This document shows, one piece after another, positions 37,862 through 51,470 of a stretch of DNA of 64,000 bases. Position numbers and translations under genes: made by a program. The DNA comes from Hemiscyllium ocellatum (lineage: Eukaryota). Positions within the stretch are counted from its first letter, which is position 1. Every line of letters begins with the position of its first letter. The notes beneath the pieces are model-generated. The model saw only the letters and a program-made list of their open reading frames with translations, ran no database searches and had not been told where the DNA came from. The DNA lies in contig NC_083402.1 of assembly GCF_020745735.1 (NCBI RefSeq), forward strand, positions 72,616,004 through 72,680,003. Direction: 5' to 3'.

Positions 37862-39455
37862 TGGATCAGTGGTGCTGGAAGAGCAAAGCAGTTCAGGCAG
37901 CATCCAACGAGCAGCGAAATCGACGTTTCGGGCAAAAGCCCTTCATCAGGAATAAAGGCAGTGAGCTGGAAGCATGGAGAGATAAACTAGGGGAAGGTGG
38001 GGGTGGGGAGAGAGTAGCATAGAGTACAATGGGTGAATGGGGGAGGAGATGAAGGTGATAGGTCAGGGAGGAGAGGGTGGAGTGGATAGGTGGAAAAGGA
38101 GCTAGGCAGGTCGGACAAGTCCGGACAAGTCATGGGGACAGTGCTGAGCTGGAAGTTTGAAACTAGGATGAGGTGGGGGAAGGGGAAATGAGGAAGCTGT
38201 TGAAGTCCACATTGATGCCCTGGGGTTGAATTGTTCCGAGGCGGAAGATGAGGCGTTCTTCCTCCAGGTGTCTGGTGGTGAGAGTGTGGCAGTGAAGGAG
38301 GCCCAGGACCTCCATGTCCTCGGCAGAGTGAGAGGGGGAGTTGAAATGTTGGGCCACGGGGCGGTGTGGTTGATTGGTGCGGGTGTCTTGCAGATGTTCC
38401 CTAAAGTGCTCTGCTAGGAGGCGCCCAGTCTCCCCAATGTAGAGGAGACCGCATTGGGAGCAACGGATACAATAAATGATATTAGTAGATGTGCAGGTAA
38501 AACTTTGATGGATGTGGAAGGCTTCTTTAGGGCCTTGGATAGAGGTGAGGGAGGAGGTGTGGGCACAGGTTTTACAGTTCCTGCGGTGGCAGGGGAAAGT
38601 GCCAGGATGGGAGGGTGGGTCGTAGGGGGACGTGGACCTGACCAGGTAGTCACGGAGGGAACGGTCTTTGCAGAAGGCGGAAAGGGGTGGGGAGGGAAAT
38701 ATATCCCTGGTGGTGGGGTCTTTTTGGAGGTGGCGGAAATGTCGGTGGATGATTTGGTTTATGCGAAGGTTTGTAAGGTGGAAGGAGAGCACCAGGGGCG
38801 TTCTATCCTTGTTACAGTTGGAAGGGTGTGGTCTGAGGGCGGAGGTGCGGGATGTGGACGAGATGCGTTGGAGGGCATCTTTAACCATGTGGGAAGGGAA
38901 ATTGCGGTCTGTAAGGAAGGAGGCCATCTGGTGTGTTCTATTGTGGAACTGGTCCTCCTGGGAGCAGATACTGCAGAGGTGGAGGAATTGGGAATACGGG
39001 ATGGCATTTTTGCAAGAGATAGGATGGGAAGAGGTGTAATCCAGGTAGCTGTGGGAGTCGGTGGGTTTGTAAAAAATGTCAGTGTCAAGTCGGTCGTCAT
39101 TAATGGAGATGGAGAGGTCTAGGAAGGGGAGGGAGGTGTCAGAGATGGTCCAGGTAAATTTAAGGTCCGGGTGGAATGTGTTGGTGAAGTTGATGAATTG
39201 CTCAACCTCCTCGCGGGAGCACGAGGTGGTGCCAATGCAGTCATCAATGTAGCGGAGGAAGAGGTGGGGAGTGGTGCCAGTGTAATTACGGAAGATCAAC
39301 TGGTCTACGTAGCCAACAAAGAGACAGGCATAGCTGGGGCCCATACGTGTGCCCATGGCTACCCCTTTGGTCTGGAGGAAGTGGGAGGATTCAAAGGAGA
39401 AATTGTTAAGGGTGAGGACCAGTTCGGCCAAACGAATGAGAGTGTCGGTGGACTG
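37862..39455 (-). mobile_element. Penelope-like element (RT C-half + GIY-YIG in one open frame, 38163-~39455) with hammerhead at 37918-37953
   Basis: KGVAMGTRMGPSYA, RYIDD, CxRxxCKTC, IIYCIRC..YIGETGR, EEERLI; hammerhead attc-CTGATGA-agggcttttgccc-GAAA-cgtc-gatt on the minus strand. Confidence 0.95.
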
Positions 39456-39476
39456 TCTCTTTGTTCTGGTCCTCAC

Positions 39477-40075
39477 CCTTAACAATTTCTCCTTTGAATC
39501 CTCCCATTACCTCCAGACCAAAGGGGTAGCCATGGGCACATGTATGGGCCCCAGCTATGCCTGTCTCTTTGTTGGCTACGTAGAACAATTGATCTTCCGT
39601 AATTACACCGGCACCACTCCCCACCTCTTCCTCCGCTACATTGATGACTGCATTGGCGCCACCTCGTGCTCCCGCGAGGAGGTTGAGCAATTCATCAACC
39701 TCACCAACACATTCCACCCTGACCTTAAATTTACCTGGACCATCTCTGACACCTCTGTCCCCTTCCTGGACCTCTCCATCTCCATTAATGACAACCGACT
39801 TGACACTGACATTTTTTACAAACCCACCGACTCCCACAGCTACCTGGATTACACCTCTTCCCACCCAATCTCTTGCAAAAATGCCATCCCGTATTCCCAA
39901 TTCCTCTGCCTCCATCATATCTGCTCCCAGGAGGACCAGTTCCACCACAGAACACACCAGATGGCCTCCCTCTTTAGAGACCGCAATTTCCCTTCCCACG
40001 TGGTTAAAGATGCCCTCCAATGCATCTCGTCCACATCCCACACCTCCGTCCTCAGACCACACCCCTCCAAATGTA
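39477..40075 (+). mobile_element. Inverted duplicate of the Penelope RT segment
   Basis: LVLTLNNFSFESSH..RYIDD..LRPHPS; reverse complement of ~38815-39420. Confidence 0.95.
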
Positions 40076-40277
40076 ATTTCAAAAGAAATAATTGCTGAAT
40101 AGGCATTCAACTTAGCTTGCTAGCTCCACCACTCGAACCAATTACAACTTTTCAAATTGTGGCTTTAACTCCTTTCCTGGTAGATCCCACTCCCATTCCT
40201 TTTTATAGATCAAAAATCTATCTAATTAAACATGTAACCTATTTAGTCCTCAATGGAATAGAATTCCAAAGAATAAC

Positions 40278-42287
40278 TGCTCCAGAAGTGGGAATGAAGT
40301 CACATAAGATCACAATGTATGTGGATGACGTTCTCGTCTTCTTATCAAGCCCAGCGGTCTCACTGCCACACCTGATGCACAATCTATTTGGTGGCTTCTC
40401 GGGTTATAAAATCAATTTTGTGAAGTCAGAGGCCATGCCCATGGATGGTCTCCCAAGAGTGCTTGATCCTGAGGGTAGATCTCGGTTCCCTTTTAGATGG
40501 TCGCAGGAGGGCTTTCTCTACTTACAAATATTTATTCCTCCCATTTTTGATTGACTATTTAAAGCCAATTTTGCCCATTTATTTGACAGAATCAAACAGG
40601 ACCTTCATAGATGGGAGGCGCTTCCGATCTCTTGGCTAGGTCGGATAGCCCTCATTAAAATGAACATTCTGCCCTGCCTGTTGTATCCTATGCGAATGCT
40701 TCCTCTGCTTGTTACTAAGCAAATATTTCAAAGACTGAGCAGCTGGTTTAGTTCTTTTGTCTTGTATCACAAGTGGCCCCTAGTTAACTTGGCTAAATTG
40801 CAGTTACCTTACACACAGGCCTCCCAGATATCAAAACCTACAGTTAAACTTGTTGCTATCCTACATGAATTATTGGGCCCGGGGCCCCTCACTCACTTTG
40901 ATTGGACATCGAAGTGTCTCAGGCAAGATGCCCCCTTATTAGCCTGCTTTTCTGAGACAAAATGAGAACAGTTAAGGAATATTGCCATAGCCCAAAAATC
41001 TTCAATACTGTCAAGGCATGGAGGGCAATGTGTCAGGGTGAGGGCAATATTGCCAAAACATCATTTTTGACACCGATATGCTGGGCTTTCTGCTAGGGAT
41101 AATGGACTCTACGTTTAAACTATGGGCAGCTAGGGGGTGTCTCGCCTGGGTGATTTATTCAAAGGGAACATATTGATGTCCTTTGACCAGTTGGATCGGA
41201 AATATAAATTTCCTAGTAGGGACCTCTTTCACTTCTTTCAAATTAGAAATTTCATACAAAAGAGACCTCATTTCTCACTGATCCTTACAGGTCCGACATG
41301 GAGAAGAAGGTGTTGAGTATTGATGATACATTATCTGTTAGCAACGATTATCATCTACTGGGAGAGGATCCCTCAGACATGACCAAACAGCTCTGGAAGG
41401 TATGGGAGAGTAAGTTAGACATTGAGATCTCTTCTGAAACATGGGAGGATATCTGGGAAAATGCAAGAAGGATCTCGATTTGCAACAGGACCCACACCAT
41501 GATTCTCCACAGGGCCTATCTGGCCACAGACACTTCACTAAATTTAAAGTGGGAGCATTTCCAATGTGTCCTAAATGTAAAGTGAGCATGGGCACGCTTA
41601 CTCATTGTCTTCAGTCTTGCCACAGACTGCAGGCATACTGGAGTGCTGCAGTACGCAAAATAGAGAAGACCTTGAGGTCATAGGTGGAAACGGACCTGGT
41701 ATCTCTTCTTTGTTGGCTTTGTTAATTCACTTTCATTAGTTGCACACAAAAGAAGATTTTTCAGTATCCTCATTTTTTGTGCCAGAAATAACTTTCTATT
41801 AGGGTGGGTGTAGTAAAATCCCCCAGGGCTGGCGGGCTGGCATAAGCTAATCATGGGGCACATCCCCTTGGACTTTCTTACAAGTCTGGTGCACTATAAA
41901 ACTGAGAATCTTTATAAGACATGGCGGACCTTTTTGAACTACCTGGGTACAGATTTGACCACCATACTAATAAGAACCTTTACATAGCCATGGCGATTCT
42001 GTGTAATGAATCTGGTATCCAGAGGGGAGGAACTATGAACATATGAACATATATAAACTTATGTCCTCGTTGATCGAGGGCTGTTGCTTTGTTTTGGTGA
42101 GCTGTGTTATTGTTATTATCATTATTATTATTGTTAAGACTTTTCTTTTTTAGCTTAGTTATTAGTTGATATTTATTTATGTAATTAGCAGGTTATTTTA
42201 ATATTAGTTTGAATTGTTTGATTTTGTATTTGCAGTAATATTCAAAAGAAAATAATCCTTTTTTTATAATAAAACGAATTTTAAAAG
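40278..42287 (+). mobile_element. L1/Tx1-clade LINE, 5'-truncated
   Basis: HKITMYVDDVLVFL, FSGYKINFVKSE, RIALIKMNILP, C-terminal CPKC..TLTHCLQSC knuckle, T-rich 3' UTR, AATAAA plus A-rich end. Confidence 0.88.
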
Positions 42288-42294
42288 AATTTGC

Positions 42295-42828
42295 AAGTCA
42301 TGTTGCAGCTGTATAGAACTTTAGTTAGGCCTCATTTGTAATATTGCTTAAAGATGTGGAGGCTTTGGATAATGTGCAGAAAATGTTATTCGGGGTATGG
42401 CCTGGTTTGGAGGTTCTTAGTTATGAGGAGAGGTTGGACAAACTTGATTGTTTTCACTTGAAGTCGCAGGCTGAGAGGCAACCTGATAGAGATTTACAAA
42501 ATCATGAGTGGCATGGATAGAATAGATAGTTTTTTCCCCAGGTAATGTGAATTACTAGGGGATACAGGTTTAATGTAAAAAAAGGGGACCGTTTAAAGGA
42601 CATGTGAGAGAGAAGTCTTTTACACAGAGGGTGGTAAGTGTCAGCACAGGTGGTGGTAGCATCAGATATAATAACTATGTTTAAAAGGCATCTTGACAGG
42701 TATATGAATGCGCAAGAAACAGAAAGATACAGACCATTTGGAAGCAAAAGGTTTTTAGTTTAGAAAGGTGTCATGTGTCAGTGTAGACTTGGTGGGCTAA
42801 AGGGCTTCATTGTGTGCTGTACTGTTTT
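42295..42828 (+). mobile_element. CR1 3' fragment
   Basis: LQLYRTLVRPHL, SYEERLDKL, RGNLIEIYKIM. Confidence 0.85.
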
Positions 42829-44476
42829 TTGTGAAATGCATATGAAAACCCAAGAAGGGATAATTGTTTTTAGGTAGACACCCATGATGCAAGGCTCTAC
42901 AGATATGACAGGTGGGGTCTTCCACAACTGTAATATCTTAATGATATCTAAAAATTGCAGCAATTGCTTGTTCAAAAGGTATACTTCACTTGAAAGTAAC
43001 TATCAAGTGGTTCAGACCTTCAAGCTTATCAGCCATCAAGCAACATGCATTAGACTTCCAGATGACAATAACTTTGCTCCTAATCTACTACTACCAGTTG
43101 ATCCTGCTCAATTCTGCCTCAGGTCTCACCCAATATATTTCCCTCTATCTCATATTAATCCTAACAGGTGGATACATATGAGCTGGCACTTAGGAGGGAT
43201 GGAATTGATAATGATGTGCCCCATAAAGCGTAAGACAACTCAGTGTCGCTGGTATTTAATGACATTTTCTGTAGCATAACTGCAGAAAGAACAGGAAAAA
43301 ATGGTGCCGAAGTGAGAGAATCTTTCAAGTATATCTTGAGGTTGATGCAGTGACAGAGTAAAGTGCTTCAGTATGTTATTTACTGAGAAGGATTGAATGA
43401 CAGATTAAATGAAATGAAAGAATGGAATAAAATGATCATGTAGGTAATATTAACTGGGGCTAGTCCTGCCATTTATCCATCTCTGCGACTTAATATAGCC
43501 TTTCTCCCAGGATTTGCAAAGGCTGCTTCCTCATATAAGGTTTCACAAATGTAATAATATTTACATCATGAGTGCTGTTCTGTTTCATGCTGCAATCCCT
43601 TAAACAATTTGAAGTGAAAAGTTATACTATAATTGATAATTAGTCATATTGAAGAGTCAGCATTTGATTAAAAATCCATACATCATGTGAAGGCATTATA
43701 TTTTTGGATTAATTTAGGTGATGTGTGTTTCACTGAATTGATAAGCATTAACTACCGATTCATTGTTGACCTTGTGGAGGTGGTGGTGAACAGACATCTG
43801 GAATTGCTGCAGTCCATTTGGTATAGGTTCTCCGATTCTGCTGTTAAGAAGTGTGTTCCAGGACTTTGACCTAAAGGACATTAGTGCACCAGATATGTTT
43901 TTACAACAATTGACAATGGATTCATGGTTATCATTAGACTCTTAATTCCAGATTTTTTATTGAATTCAAATTCCACTACCCGCTGTGACAAGACTTGAAC
44001 CAGGGTCCTCAGTGCATGATCTGGGTCAACAGTCTAGCAATAACACCACTAGGCCATTGTCTCTCTACCCCAACTGTGATACATTAATTGCCCTTATCCA
44101 TCGAAGGAGTAGTAATCGTGACTTTGGAAAGTGCTGTCTGAGGAATCTTTCTGCAGTGCCACTTGTAGATAGTATGCACCACCATTACTGTGTGTCAACG
44201 GTGGATGCAACCACCTTTTGTGGATGTAGTACCAAATAAATAGGTTAGTTTGTCTTGAATGGGTTACGTTTATTGAATGTTGTTGGAGCTGCAGTTGACT
44301 GAGTGAGTTGGAAGTATTTGATTAAACTCCTTATTTATGCCTTGTAGATGGTGGACAGACTTTGGGGAGTCAAGTGATTACTGTTTTGTTGCAGGATTTC
44401 TAGCCCCTGACCTTCCTTTGAAGCCACAGTTTTTATATAGCTATCCCAGTTCAGTTTCAAGTCAATGGTGACTCTC

Positions 44477-47400
44477 AGAACAAAGAACAAAGAAAAATCA
44501 CAGCACAAGAACATATCCTTCAGCCCTCCAAGCCTTTTCCCCTCTCACTTCAAATTGGTGACCCCTATTCATTGAATTCCCACTCAGGGAAAAAGCTTCT
44601 TGCTCTCCACCCTTGTCTAAACCTGTCATGATTTTGTAGACCTCAATCAGGCCCTCCTCAACCTCTGTCTTTCTCATGAAAATAATCCTAATCTTCTCAA
44701 CCTCCATACCAGGCAACATCCTGCTGAACCTCCTCTGCACCCTCTCCAAAGCATCCATGTCCTTTGGTAATGTGGCGACGAGAACTGTACGCAGTATTCC
44801 AAATGTGGCCGAACCAAAGTCTTATACAACTGTAACATGACCTGCCAACACTTGTACTCAATACCCCGTCCAATGAAGGAAAGCGTGCCGCATGCCTTCT
44901 TGACTACTTTATTCACCTATGTTGCTACTTTCAGGGTACAATGGACCTGAACACCCAGATCTCTCTGCACATCAATTTTCCCCATGACTTTTCCATTTAC
45001 TGTATAGTTCGCTCTTGAACTAGATCTTCCAAAATTCATCACCTCACATTTGCCTGGATTGAACTTCATCTGCCATTTCTCTGCCCAACTCTCCAATCTA
45101 TCTATATTCTGCTGCATTCTCTGACTGTCCCCTTCACTATCTGCTATTCCACCAATCTTAGTGTCATCTGCAAACATGCTAATCAGACCATCTATATCTT
45201 CCTGTTTGTATTACAAACACCAGTGGTCCCAGCATGGATCACACTGGTCACAGTTCTCCATTTTGAGAAAATTCCTTCCACTATTTCTCTCTATCTCCTG
45301 TTGCCCAGCCAGTTCTCTATCCATCTAGCTAGTACACCCTGGACCCTATGTGACTTCACTTTCTCCATCAGACTACCATGGAGAACCTTCTCAAACACCT
45401 TACTGAAGTCCATAAATATGACATCTACAACCTTTGCCCCATCAATCAACTTTGTTACTTTCTCAAAAAAATCTATTAAGTTGGTAAGACATGACCTTCC
45501 CTGCTCAAAACCATGTTGCCTATCACTGATAGGCCCATTTTCTTCCAAATAGGAATAAATCTTGTCCCTCAGTATCTTCTCCAGCAGCTTCCCACCACTG
45601 ACATCAGGCTCACCAGTCTATAATTAACTGGATTATTCCTGCTACTCTTCTTAAACAAGGGGATAATATTAGCAATTTTCTAGTCCTCAGGGACCTCACC
45701 CATGTTCAAGGATGCTGCAAAGATATCTGTTAAGGCCCAAGCTATGGGTAGCATGGTGGCACAGTGGTTAACACTGCTGCCTCACAGCGCCAGAAACCCG
45801 GGTTCAATTCCTGCCTCAGGCGACTGTTTGTGTGGAGTTTGCACATTCTCCTTGCGGTCTCCGTGGGTTTCCTCCAGGTGCTCCGGTTTCCTCCCAATGT
45901 CCAAAAATGTGCAGGTTAGGTGAATTGGCCATGATAAATTGCCTGTAGTGTTAGGTGTAGGGGAATGGCTCTGGTTGGTTTGCGGGTCGGTGTGGACTTG
46001 TTGGGCTGAAAGGCCTGTTTCCACACTGTAAGCAATCTAATCTATTTCCTCTCCCACATCCCTCAGTAACCTTGGATAGATCCCATTCGGACCTTCCTTC
46101 TTCCATGTTCTGACTTGACCTAGAGTAATCAAACGTCTATCCCTAACCTCAACATCCGTCATGTCCCTCTCCTCAGTGAATACCAATGCAAAGTACTCGT
46201 TAAGAATCTCACTTATTTTCTCTGACTCCACACATAACTTTCCTCCTTTGTCTTTGAGTGGGCCAACCCTCTCTATAGACACCCTCTTGCTCCTTATATA
46301 TGAATAAAAGGCTTTGGAATTTTGCTTAACCCTGTTTGCTAAAGATATTTCATGACCCCTTTTAGCCCTCTTAATTCCACATTTCAGATTGGTCCTATAT
46401 TCCCGATATTCCTCCAAAGCTTCATCTGTCTTCAGTCGCCTAGACATTATGTATGTTTCCTTTTTCCTCTTAGCTGGTCTCACAATTTCACCTGTCATCC
46501 ATTGTTCTCTAACCTTGCTATTTCAATCCCCCATTTTCACAGAAACATACCTTCCTGAACTCTAATCAACCTCTCTTTAAAAGTCTTCCACATATCGAAT
46601 GTGGATTTACCTTCAAACAGCTGCTCCCAATCTACATTCCCAAGCTCCTGCCAAATTTTGGTGTAGTTGGCCTTCTCCCAATTTGGCACTCTTCCGTTAG
46701 GACCATTTTCGACTTTGTCCATGAGTACTCTAAAACTTATGGAATTGTGATCACTATTCCTGAAGTAATCTCCTACTGAAACTTTAACCACCTGGCTGGG
46801 CTCATTCCCCAACACCAGCTCCAATATAGCCACTTCCTAAGTTGGACTATTTGCATACTGCTCTAAAAAGCCTTCCTGGATGATTCTTATAAATTCTGCT
46901 CCATCTTGACCTCCAACATTAGGTGAGTCCCAGTCAATGTTGGGAAAATTAAAATCTCCTATCACCACCACCCTGTTGCTCCTACATATTTCCATGATCT
47001 GTTTACATATTTTATCTCTATCTCAGGCTCACTGTTGGGATGCCTGTAGTACAGCCATAACATTGTTAGTACACTCTAGCTATTCCTGAGCTCTGCTCAT
47101 ATTGCCTCACTGCTTGAGTCCTCCATAGTGCCCTCCTTCAGGACAGCTGTGATCCTATCTGACCAGTAAAGCGACTCCTTCACCCCTTTTATCTCCCTCT
47201 CTATCCCACCTGAAGCATCTAAATCCAGGAATATATAGTTGCCAGTCATGCCCTTCCCTTAACCATGTCTCAGCAAAAGCAATAACATCATACTTCCAGG
47301 TACTAATCTAAGTCCTAAGTTCATCTGCCTTACCTACTACACCTCTCGCATTAAAACAAATGCACCTCAGACCATTTGTCCCTTTGCGTTCATCATCTGC

Positions 47401-48855
47401 TCCCTGCCTAGTCTTACCCTTAGTCATGCTGATTTCATGATCTAGTTCCTTACAGGCTTTAGTTACTACCTCCTTCCTGTCCACAAATCTCCTCATTTGG
47501 TTCCCATTCCCTCCCATATTAGTTTAAACCTGCCCCAACAGCATGAGCAAAAGCACCCCAAGGACATTGGTTCCAGTCCTGCCCAGGTGGAGATCATCCA
47601 ATTTGTAATAGCCCCACTTCCCTCAGAATCATGTCCCAATGTCCCAAAAATCTGAACCCCACGTCCTGCACCATCTTTCAAGCCACACATTCATCCTGCC
47701 TATTCTTCCATTTCTACTCCGACATACATGGGGCACTGGTAGCAATCCTGTGATTACTACCTCTAAGGTCCTACTTTTTAACTTGGCTCCTAACTCCTTA
47801 AATTCTGCTTGTAGGACCTCATCCTTTTTTTTTAATCTGTATCATTGGTACCTATATGCACCACGACAGCTGGCTGTGCACGCTCCCTCTTCAGAATGTT
47901 CTGCAGCCAATCTGAGACATCCTTGACCCCTATGCCTGGGAGGCAACACACCATTCAGAAGTCTTATTTTCGACCACAGAACCACCTCTCTGCTCCCCTT
48001 ACAATTGAATCCTCATCTGACAAAAGCCCTTCCACTCTTTCTCCCGCCCTTCTGTACAGCAGAGCCAGCCATGGTGCCGTGAACCTGACTATCTTCTCCT
48101 GGTGAGCCATCTCCCCCCCCCAGCAGTATCCAAAATGGTATACCTATTTCAGAGGGAGATGACCACTGGGGACACCTTCGCTGTCTTCCTGCTCTGCCCC
48201 TGCCTTTTGGTTGCCCATTCCCTTTCTCCCTCAGCAATCCTAATCTGTGGTGTAACCAATTCACTAAACGTGTTTTCCAAGACCTCCTCAGCATCACGCA
48301 TGCTCCAAAGTGAGTCCATCCGCAGCTCCACAACTGTCATGTAGTCTAACAAGAACTGTAGCTAGACACACTTCCTGCATGTGAAGGAGTCAGGGACATC
48401 AGCCACGTCCCTGAGCTCCCACATTGAGCAAGAGGAGCATAACACAAGTCTGAGGTCTCCTGACATTTTTAATCTTAAGCTTAACTTAGTCTTAACTTTG
48501 ATAAATGAGAAAGCAAAGAAAAGCTTTTAACCAACTGCATGATAAAAAAAAGATAAACTTACCTTATCAACACACCACAGAGGCCTTTTTTTAGGTTAGA
48601 GGAGGAGGGCAGATCAGAGACACAACACGTGTCATGCCTTCTCGGGTTCAACCGCTGCCCAAATATTTCGGTTCACTCACCTTCCCAGAGCACAATTCGA
48701 CCCATCCCAGTCAGCTCCTCACTCTCACTGCTTTTGCCGCTGTTGCTGCAAATGAAGGCCACAGATGCTCGAGGCAAGTCCATTTAAAAGGAAAATTTCC
48801 CTTCCCAGCAACCCCCTGCTCCTCACTCTCACCTGCTCCCGCTGCTGCTGCAAAG
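44477..48855 (-). mobile_element. Near full-length CR1 LINE (ORF1 + APE/RT ORF2), with deletions and stops
   Basis: ORF1 CSSCSMWE zinc finger and esterase-like region; ORF2 CICFNARGV, SDHN, QHGF..RSCLTNL, FADDTK, RPHLEYC; (TTCTTTG)n tail at 44477. Confidence 0.93.
45746..46042 (+). mobile_element. HE1-like V-SINE nested in the CR1
   Basis: A and B boxes, V domain, GGCCTGTTTCCACACTGTA tail. Confidence 0.92.
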
Positions 48856-49849
48856 GAAGCAATATGGATAATAGGGAAATTAAGCAATGGTAATGCCATT
48901 GAATGTCAGGAAACCATGGTAAGATTCTATCTTGCTAGAGATATTTATTGCCTGGCATTTTGGCACAAATGCTATTTGCTGCTTGTTAGCCCAAACCTGA
49001 ACATTGTCCACGATTTGTGTGTATTTAGGCATGGGCTGCTTCAATATCTGAGGAGTTGCAAGGTGGGCTGAATATTATGCTATCAAGAGCAAATATTTCT
49101 AGTTGTAACTGTACGGTAAAGGGTACGGTATTGAAGAGGCAGTTGAAAATGTTTGTGCCTAGGATAAGGCTGAACGCCAGCAAACACAGCCATCTCCCTT
49201 TGTGCTCAGTATGATTCCCATTAGCAGAGTCTCCCCCTGATTCCCACTGACTCTAGTTTTGCTCGGGTGTCTTGATACTACACTCTGTCAAATGCGCACT
49301 TGATGTCAAGGGCAGTCACTCTCACCTCCCATGGAATGATTAACTTGCCTTGAATGCATCTCTCTATATGAATGAATAAATTGTGGTGCTTTGTCCACTC
49401 AGTATTTAGTACAAAGTTCATGATAAGATTACAAAGCAACTCAGGTTTAATGGAAAGATTATTTTAAGCATTGTAGGTGCTTTCCATAATGAATTAATGA
49501 AATGAAACAATGCAGCCTCCTCCTTTGTCAGACCAAGGAAGTTTGTTAGGTTTCTTGAGACAATTCCTCAAGGTAAGAAATAAGTTGCATCTCGTGTGCA
49601 GATTTTCAGATTTGCAGTCATTTAGAAGGACAGTAGCACCTTTCTATTTCTAAATATATCATCCTAATTGATAACTTAAATCTGAATATTTTGTTAAACA
49701 GTTTGCCTAAGAGTCCTTCCCAAGAAAGTTATTCTTCTGTCTTACTTGTGCCATCAACATTTGAATATCTCATTGGGTTTAGCTCAACTGCTTTTTGTCT
49801 GTTATATATAGAAGTGGGATATAAGCCATGATATCTTTTGTATTCCTAC

Positions 49850-50040
49850 AAATTTAAACTGAGACAAATTTTGGGTGTCAGTTGATTCATGAGCTACTTT
49901 CTTCATGGAAGTAACTGATAGAGGATTTTATACATCACGACCTATCATCCAGCAGTGAAAAGAAATGTGGAGAGATTTAATCAGACGCTTAGCAGTTTGT
50001 TCAAAGTGCTGCCTCCTCATTGCAACAGTAAGCACGCTCA
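49850..50040 (+). pseudogene. Gypsy integrase core fragment
   Basis: TTYHPAVKRNVERFNQTL resembles the T.YHPQ.NG.VERFN.TL integrase motif. Confidence 0.6.
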
Positions 50041-50769
50041 AATGATAAGTGCACTTCTAATTGAACTGTACATAATTAATTGGAATTTATTAAATGTTTG
50101 GCAATCCTTTTACAAACACAGGCAAACAAAACAGGGAAGTTATTGCTGCCTTTTGACTAAATGCTCACAGCATAGGTAGCTTTCAATAATATAATCACTG
50201 TAACTTGTAAGTAATTGAAGAGTTAAATTATATTTGCTTAATTGCAGTTATTTATTGAATAGTTCTTGTAAGAAAGAAAACAAAATGGCCCAATTGGTCA
50301 AAAGTGAGTTAATTTGATTATGGTTATGTACCTCTTTTATGGCTCAGAGAATGTAAACATAGCCTAATATGTCATGTGAGAATGCTTTAAGGTGAAAGGT
50401 TTTTCATGCAAGGTGTGGCTATGTTTTAGAATGGTTTAGTTTTGTAACAACAGATCAACCAGGTCTATTGGTGATGTACATATGTGTGCATGTATTTATT
50501 ACTTTCAAATTAAGTTCTGCAGTAAGTTGTGTAGTCTTGTTGTTGTCTTGACCTGTTCAGGTGCATTAGGTGAGACATTTAAAATAATAGGAGGCAATTC
50601 TATTCTGACCAAGAAGACATATAAATTGGTGTCATTTTTTTTGCTATAGATCTAAGAGTTGGTAAGTTTAATGGGACAAGCTATTAGAAAATGATCTTAT
50701 AAAATGATTGAAATATCAAAGAATGAATCAGGAGACAGGAGGAAGTGATGTCACAAAGATAACTATTAC

Positions 50770-51470
50770 AATAGTTGTGGGTAAGTTCACCGAGCTAGAC
50801 AGTTGGTTTGCAGATGTTCTGTCCTCTTTCTGTGGAGCCTCCTGAAGACCTTCTGAATGGTGCCGGTTGGAATTTAATTGGTTTCGTTCCTGTTGCTTCT
50901 GGTTGCCAGTTCCAGTTGTTCGCTGCAATGATTGGTATATTGGGTCTAGTTCAATGTGTTCATTGATGGAGGCTGTGGATGACTCATTACCCATCATGTG
51001 CAGGGCAAACATGGTGCAGAAGATTCCATGCAGAGACTGCAAGCAACACTATACAGGACAAATAGGCTGACAACTAATGATTCCCTTCCATGAACATCCA
51101 AGAGCCATTAAATGCCATGACCAGCTGTCCTTCATAGACATGCATACAGACAAGGACCACAAATTCAACTGGGACCACACAACATTAATAGGACAAGCCA
51201 AACAGAGGACAGACAGAGAATTTCTAGAAGCATGACACTCATCCACAGACTTATCAATAAATACATTGACCTAGACCCAATATACTGACCGCTGCAGCAA
51301 AAAACAGAACTGGTAACTGGAAGCAGCAGGAACAAAACCAAATAAATTCCAACCAAAATAGTACAGCATCTCTTCACAGGAGGCGCTACAGCACTGAGGA
51401 TGTAACTTAGAAAGGGCACAAAATGGCTGCAAACCAACTTCCTAGCTCAGTGAATAGATCCATAACAACT
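50770..51470 (+). mobile_element. Second Penelope family: GIY-YIG fragment with an inverted copy of its 3' end at 50770-50988
   Basis: NMVQKIPCRDCKQHYTGQIG, DHKFNWD, REFLEA; 50770-50985 is the reverse complement of ~51237-51470; degenerate hammerhead gca-CTGAGGA..tgc at 51391-51430. Confidence 0.8.

Larger units (their letters stand above)
44070..49330 (-). mobile_element. Old CR1/L2-type element split into 44070-44476 and 48855-49330 by a younger CR1
   Basis: Sequence appears continuous across the insertion (..GTCAATGGTGACTCTCAG | ..AATGGTAATGCCATTGAATGTCAGG). Confidence 0.6.

Noticed and set aside
38454-40110. Long overlapping ORFs (222, 234, 153 aa and others)
   Set aside because: Antisense or alternative frames of the C-rich Penelope RT, not independent genes
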